Position numbers and translations under genes: made by a program
The notes under the pieces: generated by a model
The model's input: only the letters and a program-made list of their open reading frames with translations
Databases searched by the model: none
Told to the model about the DNA's origin: nothing
In this document: in pieces, positions 7,622 to 15,800 of the stretch
Numbering within the stretch: the first letter of the stretch is position 1
Layout of the letters: every line of letters begins with the position of its first letter
DNA from: Candidatus Aenigmatarchaeota archaeon
Lineage (GTDB): Archaea; Aenigmatarchaeota; Aenigmatarchaeia; Aenigmatarchaeales; JACQIB01
Direction of reading: 5' to 3'
Assembly: GCA_038999215.1 (NCBI GenBank)
Contig: JAWABM010000010.1
Span: 1 to 25,052 of the forward strand
Length of the DNA: 25,052 bases

Positions 7622-7786
7622 TCATTTGAGCTTGTCTACCACGTATCCGAAGGCTATCAGCACCTTGTCGCCCTTCCTCAGCTTGATGTCCCCGCGCACG
7701 GGAATGGGCTTTTTCACCCCGCTTATGTCAACGATTGCGTTCCCTTCCTTCACGTTCAGCACCTTTCCTTCGCACAGGGTGTCCAT
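7622..7786 (-). CDS. HypC/HupF-like small OB-fold protein (54 aa), not in the ORF track
   Basis: Manual translation MDTLCEGKVLNVKEGNAIVDISGVKKPIPVRGDIKLRKGDKVLIAFGYVVDKLK matches the HypC pattern GKV....AxVD..GV......GDxVLx..Gx..xK; TATA TTTAAGAA 29 nt upstream. Confidence 0.75.
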   Translation of the reverse strand: MDTLCEGKVLNVKEGNAIVDISGVKKPIPVRGDIKLRKGDKVLIAFGYVVDKLK

Positions 7787-7820
7787 GCTCTAAGAATTGG
7801 CTTAACTTTCTTAAATAATT

Positions 7821-8384
7821 TCACGTGAAGGTCTGCGTCGTGAACCTGTACAGCTCGGCCGCGCGGTCCTTCCAGGTGTTCCTGTTCATTCCTGCCTTTT
7901 CGCACAGGTTCTCGAGGTACTGGATGGCGCTCCAGTGCTGCTCGACAGGCACCTGTGGCAGGAAAAGCCCTGACATCACGCCCTTCTTTATTATCAGGCC
8001 GTCCGTTCCCAGCCTTATCCTTTCCGGATATTCCTCCGGGCTCTTCGCGGCAATCCTCTCTGGCGGCGAAAGCACCGACACCTCCACTTCGAGCTTGTCA
8101 AGGTCCCTCGCCATCAAGGGGCTGAAACGCTCGTCCCTAAGCGCCGAGAGCGCTGCCTGCACGCAGCCGTCTATTAACGGTTTATCGGGGTAGGGCAGTC
8201 CTATGCAGCCGTTGAGGTTGCGGTAGCCCCCGACCCTTTTATACAGGGTCACGAACACCCCGGCCTTCTGGTCCAGCTCCTTCGGGTACTCCGGCGGTAT
8301 GATTATCATCTCCTCCCTCAGTTCCGCCGCTATCACGTCCTTCACCAGTTTCACGAGGAACTCTCCTGCCGCCTTCGATATCAT
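7821..8384 (-). CDS. AMMECR1-domain protein
   Basis: GVFVTL, LNGCIG, DERF.P, EVSVLSPP, GTDGLII, GLFLPQV, LCEKAG. Start moved to ATG 8384. Confidence 0.95.
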   Translation of the reverse strand: MISKAAGEFLVKLVKDVIAAELREEMIIIPPEYPKELDQKAGVFVTLYKRVGGYRNLNGCIGLPYPDKPLIDGCVQAALSALRDERFSPLMARDLDKLEVEVSVLSPPERIAAKSPEEYPERIRLGTDGLIIKKGVMSGLFLPQVPVEQHWSAIQYLENLCEKAGMNRNTWKDRAAELYRFTTQTFT

Positions 8385-8417
8385 GCCCTTAAATTGCTTT
8401 CGGTGGAATATATGGTT

Positions 8418-8789
8418 ATGGCTGAGAAGGAATACATGACTATTCTCGCGGAGAAGAGGTTCGACGGCAGGGAGATCGCCTACACGGTCATGTGCCCCAA
8501 GAAGATGGGGAAATCCGACATCGGGCTGTGCAACGGCTGCGGCCACAAGATGGCCTTCGGTTCCGAGCAGAAGGAGGTGCGCTCGCCTTCGGGAGCAGTG
8601 GCCTTCGAGCCGGTGCCGGCGGTTGATTGTTCTTATCCCGCGGGAATGGGCGAGGAAGAGCTCGCGAGGTTCATGGGGCTGTACAGGGGCGCGACGGGCC
8701 AGCGGCCCAAGAGGTTCCCGCAGGACCCTGACGAGTTCGACGCCCTGATAGAGCAGACGCTCTCATATCTTCCGAAAAAGAAGTGCTGA
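8418..8789 (+). CDS. Hypothetical protein with four Cys, possibly Zn-binding
   Basis: CPKK...CNGC...DCSY; TATA CTTAAATT 30 nt before ATG 8418. Confidence 0.7.
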   Translation: MAEKEYMTILAEKRFDGREIAYTVMCPKKMGKSDIGLCNGCGHKMAFGSEQKEVRSPSGAVAFEPVPAVDCSYPAGMGEEELARFMGLYRGATGQRPKRFPQDPDEFDALIEQTLSYLPKKKC

Positions 8790-8801
8790 TTCTGAAAGAA
8801 T

Positions 8802-8919
8802 TGGTAGCGGGGAACGGATTTGAACCGTCGGCCTTCGGGTTATGAGCCCGACGGGCACATCCCGCCTTTGGTGGAAGCCTTTGCTCCAGGCAAAAGGTTC
8901 CAGGCTGCCCCACCCCGCT
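8802..8919 (-). tRNA. Initiator tRNA-Met(CAU) with D-loop intron and encoded CCA
   Basis: Spliced sequence AGCGGGG TG GGGC AGCCTGGA^GT GCCC G TCGGG CTCATAA CCCGA AGGCC GACGG TTCAAAT CCGTT CCCCGCT ACCA. The A1-U72 pair and three G-C pairs in the anticodon stem are initiator hallmarks. Confidence 0.95.
8859..8898 (-). other. 40-nt non-canonical tRNA intron at about position 20/20a, with BHB/BHL splice motif
   Basis: CCTG:CGGG 4-bp helix flanked by GA^A and AT^G bulges, with intron stem CCTTT:AAAGG. Removal restores a standard D-loop. Confidence 0.88.
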
Positions 8920-9003
8920 GTGATTAGAAGATTATTTCGATTCTTTAAATAGCTTCTTCTGCGGCATCAAAATCCTTAAGAAACGCGGCGCGCAATTATT
9001 GTC

Positions 9004-9312
9004 ATGGATTCTGAGCCTAGTTATGCGGCTCTTGCGGTCGCGGTCGGCAGCGTTGGCGACGGTTCGCTCCTGTACCAGCGGTTCATACTCAACAACAGGG
9101 TCAGGCTCCTGAAGAGGGAGGGCAAGCGGCCCGTGGGCTACCTGCTGCACGGCGACGAGGCCGTGATAGTCTATGAGGGCAACAACGTCAGGACGCCATT
9201 CGAGGTCGTCGCCGGCAGGGACGCGCCGCCCCTGTTCGAAAGCAGTTGCGTCGGCGTGCTGCGCGACAGCGTGCGCGGCCGCTATCTCAGCGTGAAAAGA
9301 AGGGATACCTAG
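9004..9312 (+). CDS. Hypothetical protein, 102 aa
   Basis: TATA CTTAAGAA 29 nt upstream; host-like codons; convergent 4-nt overlap with hjc. Confidence 0.65.
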   Translation: MDSEPSYAALAVAVGSVGDGSLLYQRFILNNRVRLLKREGKRPVGYLLHGDEAVIVYEGNNVRTPFEVVAGRDAPPLFESSCVGVLRDSVRGRYLSVKRRDT

Positions 9313-9641
9313 GCGACCTTCTCGGGTATTCCGCCCTCGTGCAGGTCGAAGAACTGCCAGTCCTTGTAGTTCAGCTTGACCGCGAGCATCGCTTTCGCGC
9401 CGCAGCCCTTTGCCGCCTCCATCATGGCCTTCAGCTGGCCCTCGTGCTCGCGCGGATAGTACACTTTCTTGCGCGACTTGACCTCGAAGAAGTGGGGCAC
9501 CCCGGCCTTTATCGCTATCAGGTCGCAGATCGCGTCGGTTCCGACGCCGCTTCCGGCTATCCTGTGCGCGACAAAGCCTTCTCTGTTCAGTTTTTCAAGA
9601 AGCTGCCGTTCTCTGCGGGAGCCCTTCGCGTTCTGCGCCAT
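9309..9641 (-). CDS. hjc: Archaeal Holliday junction resolvase
   Basis: KGSRRERQL, RIAGSG, DLIA, FEVKS (PD-D/ExK); TATA TTTATATC 29 nt before ATG 9641. Confidence 0.93.
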   Translation of the reverse strand: MAQNAKGSRRERQLLEKLNREGFVAHRIAGSGVGTDAICDLIAIKAGVPHFFEVKSRKKVYYPREHEGQLKAMMEAAKGCGAKAMLAVKLNYKDWQFFDLHEGGIPEKVA

Positions 9642-9682
9642 AAGAAAGATTTGCGCTTCAAGGATATAAATTTCTCGGGAGC

Positions 9683-9952
9683 TCACTTCTTTCCGAGAGG
9701 CTTGATTACGACCGGGTTGTCCTTGCACAGCTCGTTGAAGACCTTCGCTTCGATGTACATGCCGTCTCCCGCAAGGTAGACGCTTTCGAAGGAGCCCCTG
9801 TAATGGTCGTTCAGGAAGTCCAGCCTGCGCGCGAGGCTCTCGCTGTCAGCCGGCGCGGGCTCGAGCCTGAGCTGATTGTATCCGTTGAGCGGCAGCCTCC
9901 TGACCTTACCGTCCGTTGTGTGGAACTCCGCTGTTCTCTGCCTGTTTGCCAT
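9683..9952 (-). CDS. Hypothetical protein, 89 aa
   Basis: ATG 9952 lies 30 nt from TATA TTTATATA. Confidence 0.7.
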   Translation of the reverse strand: MANRQRTAEFHTTDGKVRRLPLNGYNQLRLEPAPADSESLARRLDFLNDHYRGSFESVYLAGDGMYIEAKVFNELCKDNPVVIKPLGKK

Positions 9953-9982
9953 AATTATAGTCACTATAAAGTAATATATAAA
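9953..9982 (-). promoter_or_regulatory. TATA box plus operator-like element, copy D
   Basis: Minus strand TTTATATATTACTTTATAGTGACTATAATT; 16 of 21 post-TATA bases match copy A; contains the palindrome TTATAGT-G-ACTATAA. Confidence 0.65.
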
Positions 9983-10013
9983 CTTATGACAGGACTTATT
10001 CCTGGTTCAAAGG

Positions 10014-10334
10014 TTAATACTTCACGAAGGCCCCGCCTTCCCCTTCCTCGGCCGGTATGGCCGTGTTGCCTATCGTGTACTCCTCGGACTCGAGTATGGC
10101 CTTCAGGTGCTCATAGACCTGCCTCATGCTGTTGTACTCGCGGCCGCAGATCCTGACGCCCGGGCCGAACACTCCCCCGTTGTTCCTTGGCAGCGAGCCC
10201 TGCGCCTCGCTGTATATTTTTAGCGCGAGGCTCTCGTTCGCGGTCCTTTCGGCCTCGTCCTTGCCCCTTATGTGCCCTATCACGAAATCCACGCTAGTCA
10301 TGCTCTTCGCCTTCGGCTGCTTCGCCATTGCCAT
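10014..10334 (-). CDS. Hypothetical protein, 106 aa
   Basis: Host-like codons; TATA TTTAAATA at 10370-10363. Confidence 0.7.
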   Translation of the reverse strand: MAMAKQPKAKSMTSVDFVIGHIRGKDEAERTANESLALKIYSEAQGSLPRNNGGVFGPGVRICGREYNSMRQVYEHLKAILESEEYTIGNTAIPAEEGEGGAFVKY

Positions 10335-10438
10335 GCCACTATTTTATTACGGTACGGACAAGTATTTAAATTTACCCTTTTTTAAGGGTTAATAATCGGC
10401 GAAGGCGGCAATAAATATTTTGAGCGCCATCACTTGTC

Positions 10439-11446
10439 ATGGCAGGCTCTTCGTTCGCCGACAAGTACGCGCCGCAACGCCTGGCCGACATCGTCGGCCA
10501 GAAAGAGGCCGTGCAGAGGCTGCTCTTCTGGCTCGCTGCAGGGAGGAGGGGGAGGCCGCTGATGCTCTACGGCCCGCCCGGCGTTGGCAAGAGCTCGGTC
10601 GTCCGCGCGCTGGCCAGCGAGAAGGGGCTCGACCTCCTGGAGCTGGACGGCTCCGATGAGAAGGACGACATCATTTCCATAATCCCTTCCCTCAGGCAGG
10701 CCTCGCTCTTCAGGAAGGGCAAGCTCGTCGCGGTGGACGGCGCTGAGAACGCCAGCATGGCGGCGGTCGCGAGGCTCATCAAGGAGAGCCTCTATCCCGT
10801 AATACTCATAGTCGACGACCCCTACCATCCCAAACTCAGGTCGCTGCGGCGGGAATGCGAGCTCCTGGAGCTGAAGAAGCTGAGGTCGCTCGAGATAGAG
10901 AAGGCGCTCTGCGACGTCTGCAAAAAGGAGGGCCTTAGCCACAGCCAGACCGTGCTCAAGGAGCTGTCCTACTCAGCGGGCGGGGATCTGCGCGCCGCGC
11001 TCACCGACCTCGAGAGCCTCTGCGAAGCCGAGCACTTCAGGGACAGGGAGGGCAGGATATTCGAGACCCTTAGAATGATATTCAAGTCCAGCAGCCTGAG
11101 GAATGCCCTGGAAGCCGTCCAAAGCTGCGAGAAGGATCCGTTCGAGATATTCGGCTGGGTGGATGAGAACATCTCTGCCGAGTTCGCCGACCCTGCTGAA
11201 AGGGCGCTGGCCTTCGACATACTCAGCAGGGCTGACATGATGAGCAGGAAGAGCAGGCGCTGCGTCGACATGCTTGCCTCCCTCAGCACGATAAGGAAGT
11301 CCTCCCCCGGCTTCACCGCCTACCATCCGCCCGCTTTCTATTCTAGGAGCGAGAACAGCGAGGTTGTTGAGAAGCTCGCGGCGGCTATGCACTGTTCGGT
11401 AAGAACCGCCAAAAGGGAGCTCTCTTTCATGAGGTTCCTTTCCTAG
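10439..11446 (+). CDS. rfcL: Replication factor C large subunit, short and divergent
   Basis: FADKYAP..L.DIVGQ, Walker A GPPGVGKS, LELDGSD, GDLRAALTDLE, RDRE..IF, WVDENI. Confidence 0.9.
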   Translation: MAGSSFADKYAPQRLADIVGQKEAVQRLLFWLAAGRRGRPLMLYGPPGVGKSSVVRALASEKGLDLLELDGSDEKDDIISIIPSLRQASLFRKGKLVAVDGAENASMAAVARLIKESLYPVILIVDDPYHPKLRSLRRECELLELKKLRSLEIEKALCDVCKKEGLSHSQTVLKELSYSAGGDLRAALTDLESLCEAEHFRDREGRIFETLRMIFKSSSLRNALEAVQSCEKDPFEIFGWVDENISAEFADPAERALAFDILSRADMMSRKSRRCVDMLASLSTIRKSSPGFTAYHPPAFYSRSENSEVVEKLAAAMHCSVRTAKRELSFMRFLS

Positions 11447-11658
11447 CGCTTGTAGTAGCCGTAATACAGCGCCAGCAGGCCTGCGAACGCCAGAAACAGC
11501 ACGAAATCCGCCGCTCCGTAGCTCGCGACCCCGAGATATCTGCCGCTCACCGCAGCATAGGCTGTGGAGCTCGCGTACTGCGAATAGAGCAGCGCGGCCA
11601 GCGCTATTATCAGAAGTATTATCGCCGGCAGCGGAGACTTTTTCGCCAGTCCTCTCAT
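11443..11658 (-). CDS. Small 2-TM membrane protein
   Basis: Two hydrophobic segments; TATA CTTAAATA 30 nt upstream. Confidence 0.7.
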   Translation of the reverse strand: MRGLAKKSPLPAIILLIIALAALLYSQYASSTAYAAVSGRYLGVASYGAADFVLFLAFAGLLALYYGYYKR

Positions 11659-11683
11659 GGCTTATCTTTGGCTTTTCACATAT

Positions 11684-12361
11684 TTAAGCCTTCTGAACCA
11701 GCCTGGCCTTCTTTATTATGAGCACGGCCGATGTCTTGTCCGCCCTGGCTTCGCTTTCCAGTATCTCGATGCGCTTCCTGAAGAACGGCGCGTCCAGCAC
11801 GGTCGTCTCTATCTCTCCGCCCTCGCCCACAGGGCTTATGCCGTGCGTTTTCTGGAGCTCCAGCAGCCTCTTCATTAGGGCGGTATCCAGTTCTTTGCCG
11901 AGCCAACTTTTGTCCAGCGGAGGCGCGAAAACGCCGGAGATTATGACCTTGAAGCCCTCTTTCAGCAGGCTTTCCAGTAACTCCTTCGCATTGCGCTTCC
12001 AGAGTGGATTCAGGCAGGCGAGCCCGAGCTCCGCGCATATACTCGCCACCCTTGAAGATTGGTACGCCGACTCGACAGCGCCGGTGACAACGCCCTCTAT
12101 CCCGTATTTCTCCTTGGCTTTCAGGATGGCCGCCTTGAGGTCGGCCAGCTCCTCCTCCTTCCTGCCCTCCGTTTCTTCAGAAACCAAAGGCAGGCCTATT
12201 GCCTCCGCCTGCAGTTCCGTCAGGCGGATGTTCGGGGTGTGGAACATGTAGCTTTCCGGGTTCTTCGAGACAACAGTTATCAGGCAGACCGCTTCGTTCC
12301 GCGCCTTGTAAAGGGCCAGGCACGAGTCCTTGCCCCCTGAAAACAGCACGCCGAGCCTCAT
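11684..12361 (-). CDS. dph6: Diphthine--ammonia ligase
   Basis: PP-loop LFSGGKDS, SYMFH, TGAVESAYQ, NPLW, GEGGEIETTVLDAPFF. Confidence 0.96.
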   Translation of the reverse strand: MRLGVLFSGGKDSCLALYKARNEAVCLITVVSKNPESYMFHTPNIRLTELQAEAIGLPLVSEETEGRKEEELADLKAAILKAKEKYGIEGVVTGAVESAYQSSRVASICAELGLACLNPLWKRNAKELLESLLKEGFKVIISGVFAPPLDKSWLGKELDTALMKRLLELQKTHGISPVGEGGEIETTVLDAPFFRKRIEILESEARADKTSAVLIIKKARLVQKA

Positions 12362-12408
12362 AATCCAGCTTTGGCGCCGATGCTTAAAATAGCGCCTCCC
12401 GCGTTAAC

Positions 12409-12462
12409 TTTATATACTACCTCTACCTTATTACTGTTAGGTAGTAACTATTATCTGGTGGC
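12409..12462 (+). promoter_or_regulatory. TATA box plus expanded operator-like element, copy B
   Basis: TTTATATACTACCT (14 nt identical to copy A) ... TAGTAACTATTATCTGGTGGCG. The reverse complement of 12431-12446 matches the copy A core at 15/16. Confidence 0.75.
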
Positions 12463-12465
12463 GAT

Positions 12466-12888
12466 ATGGAAGCGTACAAGGTATTGGTCGCTGGCCTGGT
12501 TCTGGCAGCCGCTGCGCTTTTGGCGCTGGGCACGCCCGCCACATCGGCGCCCGTCTCCGGGACTTACCTGGACGACATATCGTGCCAGGCGAACGGCTGC
12601 TCGCTCAAGTTCACGTCCGACGTGGACATCGCCAAGGCGCTGGCGACTGGCTCCATGCGCCCCACGTTCGACGACGATACGCTGATTATCGCGAAGCCTG
12701 TGGACCTGCGGGTCGGCGACATAGTGCTCTACAGGCGCGGGTCCGACCTGATAGTGCACAGGATAGTCGCAATCGAAGAGAGGTCGGAAGGCATCTTCTA
12801 TAAGATGAAGGGCGATAACAACCTCTGGGACGACGGCTTCTGGCCCGAATCGGCCATAGAATGGAAGGTCATCGGCGTGCTTTATTAG
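12466..12888 (+). CDS. Signal peptidase I-like protein (S26, archaeal/ER Ser-His type)
   Basis: N-terminal hydrophobic segment, TGSMRPT, GDIVLY, IVHRIV, KGDNN. Confidence 0.9.
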   Translation: MEAYKVLVAGLVLAAAALLALGTPATSAPVSGTYLDDISCQANGCSLKFTSDVDIAKALATGSMRPTFDDDTLIIAKPVDLRVGDIVLYRRGSDLIVHRIVAIEERSEGIFYKMKGDNNLWDDGFWPESAIEWKVIGVLY

Positions 12889-15800
12889 GCGCTTTCCAAT
12901 ACCTTCTTCCTGATATGATTATCAGCCCTGCCGCTATCGCTCCGATTGCCAGGCCGTAAGGCGGCGCCTGCGGCAGCGCGCATGTCCTGCGCTCCGTGTC
13001 AGGCTGGCACTCGTAACCCGTCTCCGGGCCGCATCTGCTGACCGCCCTTGTCATTTCGCCGCCTACGCACTCTGACCATTCGCCTGCCGTTGGGCAGACA
13101 GGGCACTGCGCCGGAACTTCGATGATGAAGCTTGCCGTCTGGCCCCTTATGTACTGGCTTGAGATCTCTATCGTTACCTCATACTCGCCGGGCGCCGCGC
13201 TCTCAGGCACATCGACAGTGAGCAGGATTCCTTTCTCCTCCCTGTAGCCCAGGTCGATCGTTTGCCATTGCAATCTTACCCAATCGGCCGCAGGCCCGGT
13301 CGTTTTCAGGCCGAGATTGTACAGCGATGTCGTGCCGAGGTTCCTCAGCACGAGCGCCAGCTCGCCGGTGCTCCCGCGGCCTACTGAAACGCGATCTATG
13401 CCCCCTTTCAGCTGCGTGCCGCCGAACGACATCTCCACCGTCCTGTTCGGGTAGTAGGTCGCCTGTTCCGCCCGCGTCTCGCCTGCCACTCCGGTCTGGT
13501 TCGCGGCGTTCGACGGGGCCGTGACGGTGAACGTCCTGCTGGTAGTGTCGTTCATGAAGAACCAGTCGGCCGTCGCGTTGAGCAGCGCAGTCCACGTCCC
13601 TGTCTCGCTGGTGAGGTTGCTTGTGCCGTTCCAATACCTGACTATCACCGTGTTGTTCGTGAAGACCGCGAATGTCCAGCCGTTGGCGTTGCTTCCCGGC
13701 GAGCCGTCGCAGCCGAACCACCCCTGAAGGCCGAAATAATCGAGACTGTTGCCCCACCAGCTTCCTTGGTCCCAACTGTCCACTATTTCATATTCCTTGC
13801 CGTAATAGTCCGGGCAGGTGCCGGCATCGCAGGTCCACCTGAGATAATAGCCCGAGCCGAGAGAGACCCCGTTCGGTATCGGCGCCGGCACCAGGTCGTC
13901 GCTGAAGTCGATGTAATGGCCGCTTTCGGATATCTTCATGCAGGAATAGACCGTACCGTTGGCAACATATTCTGTTGGCGCGCTTATGTCTGTCTGGTTC
14001 GTGAGCCCGAAGCTCGTCCTTCCGCCCGAAGGCTTCACGAATGTCGCGTTGTAATTGAAGTTGTAGGCGTCTTTCATCGCGCCGACTGACTCGTTGCCCT
14101 TGAATTCCGCAAGGGCGCTGACAACCGCGCTGTCTGTGCCGTTATAGGAGGCATTGGGATCCTTGTCCGCGTGCCTGAAGCTTGTGTTCATGCCGCCGTA
14201 CAGCCTCAGGGTCGAGTTGTCGAGCGTGTTGTAGTTGGCGTTCTTTCCGTACCAGACATATTTCCCTGCGTGGAAAGTGCTGTTGGGGTTCCACAGGTAG
14301 GTGGCGACCCCGTTCACGCTGCTGTTCGTGCCGATATGGTATTCGCCGGCAAAATAGGACGGTTCAATCAGCTTGCCGTAGAATTCTATGCTCACGCCCG
14401 AAGCGTTGTTTGAAAGCGAGACCGAAAGCTGTATCTCGTCCGCTGTGCTGGCATCGGACGAATCCCTGTCCACGGCCGTGTCGTTATACTGCTGTGATGC
14501 TGTTATGTTCGGCTTTGGCCCGAAGGCGTAGATTATGCCCTGCTGCGTGGTCATGAACAGCGTGCCGTCGTGCAGCGCCAGCACCAGTGGCTGCCCTCCT
14601 TCTGATGAGCCGGGCACGTTGTACGACCATATTACGTCGCCGTTCGTCTCATTGAGCGCGTACAGAACGTTGTCCTGCTGCTTGGCCACATAGACCACGC
14701 CGTTCCTGGATATCACCGGCGCTGTTGCCACGAAGCTGCCTCCTATGTTCCTTGACCAGACCGCTGCGCCGGTGTGCGCATCGCGCGCATACACGGTCGT
14801 GCCGCCGCCGAAGAACACCTTTCCGTCATGGACGGCCGTTGGTACGTCTGTGCCGCCCGTCGAGTTTACGACCCATACGGTCGCCCCGTTCGCAGGATTC
14901 ATAGCATAGAATTCCTTTCCCGATCCGAAATCTTCGGATATTCCGGCGTAGATGTTCCCGTAGGCGAAGCTTGGCGGCGCGTAGAACCACTTCTGGAAGT
15001 CCCTGATCCACAGCCGCGTGCCTGTCTGCGCGTCCAGCGCCAGGAACGTGTAATTGTAGTTGCCCGAGTAGACGACGCCGTTGTATATGGCAGGCGAGCC
15101 CCATGTCATGCCCCCCACATTCGTGCTCCATATCGAAGCGCCCGTGCTCGCGTTCCTTGCGGAGATGTTCGGGTTCCTGCTGCTTATGAGCATGCCGTTG
15201 TAATATTCCGCGAACCCGCTCTCGCCGCCCACCGACACGTTCCATATTCTCTCGCCTGTCGAGGCGTTGAACGCATGCACCCTGTTGTCCGTGTTGGAGG
15301 TGCCTGTGAAAAGGATTCCCTTGGCCACGCTCATCCAGGCGTCGGGATACTGGTAGCCTGCGCCTATGGTCGTGTTCCAGATGGGGTTCCCGCTTTTGGC
15401 GTCGTAAACGTACACGCCGTCCCTGTTGCCCGCGAACACCTTGCCGTCCGCCACGACCATGGCCCTGTCCCATATGCCAGCAGGCAGCTGCCTGCTCCAT
15501 ATCACGAAGTTGGTAAGCGGGCCGTCCGTGTTCGCGTAGCCGTGCCTGTCGTGTCCTTGCTGGGTGGTCGGCCAGTCGACTCCGATGCTGGAGTTCAGGC
15601 GGTTGTTGGTCTCGTTCGCTTCGCTCACGCTGTTGTCCGGATCCGCGATCGCGTGGGTGTCGTGCAGCTCGCTGGCAGCCGTCCAGGTGAAGTTCGCCCG
15701 GGCCGTAGTTCCGCCGAGCATGCTGGTTATCGTAGCGTTCGCCGTGTTCGCGCCGTCGAGGAAGAACGACACCTTGAAGGGCGTCGAGATGTTGTAGCAT

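Noticed and set aside
8385..8546. N-terminal extension of AMMECR1 given in the ORF track (likewise hjc to 9728 and tfb from 1832)
   Set aside because: The extensions overlap neighbouring genes or promoters; family N-termini and TATA spacing support the shorter starts.
8671..8913. 80-aa minus-strand ORF
   Set aside because: Runs through the tRNA gene and is spurious.
8802..8919. tRNA as an integration site of a mobile element
   Set aside because: No duplicate of the tRNA 3' end and no integrase noticed in the window.
10334..10349. TGCCACTATTTTATTA as a sixth operator copy
   Set aside because: Only the right half matches (8 nt identical to 5721-5728), and GTGG could simply be a ribosome-binding sequence; not counted.
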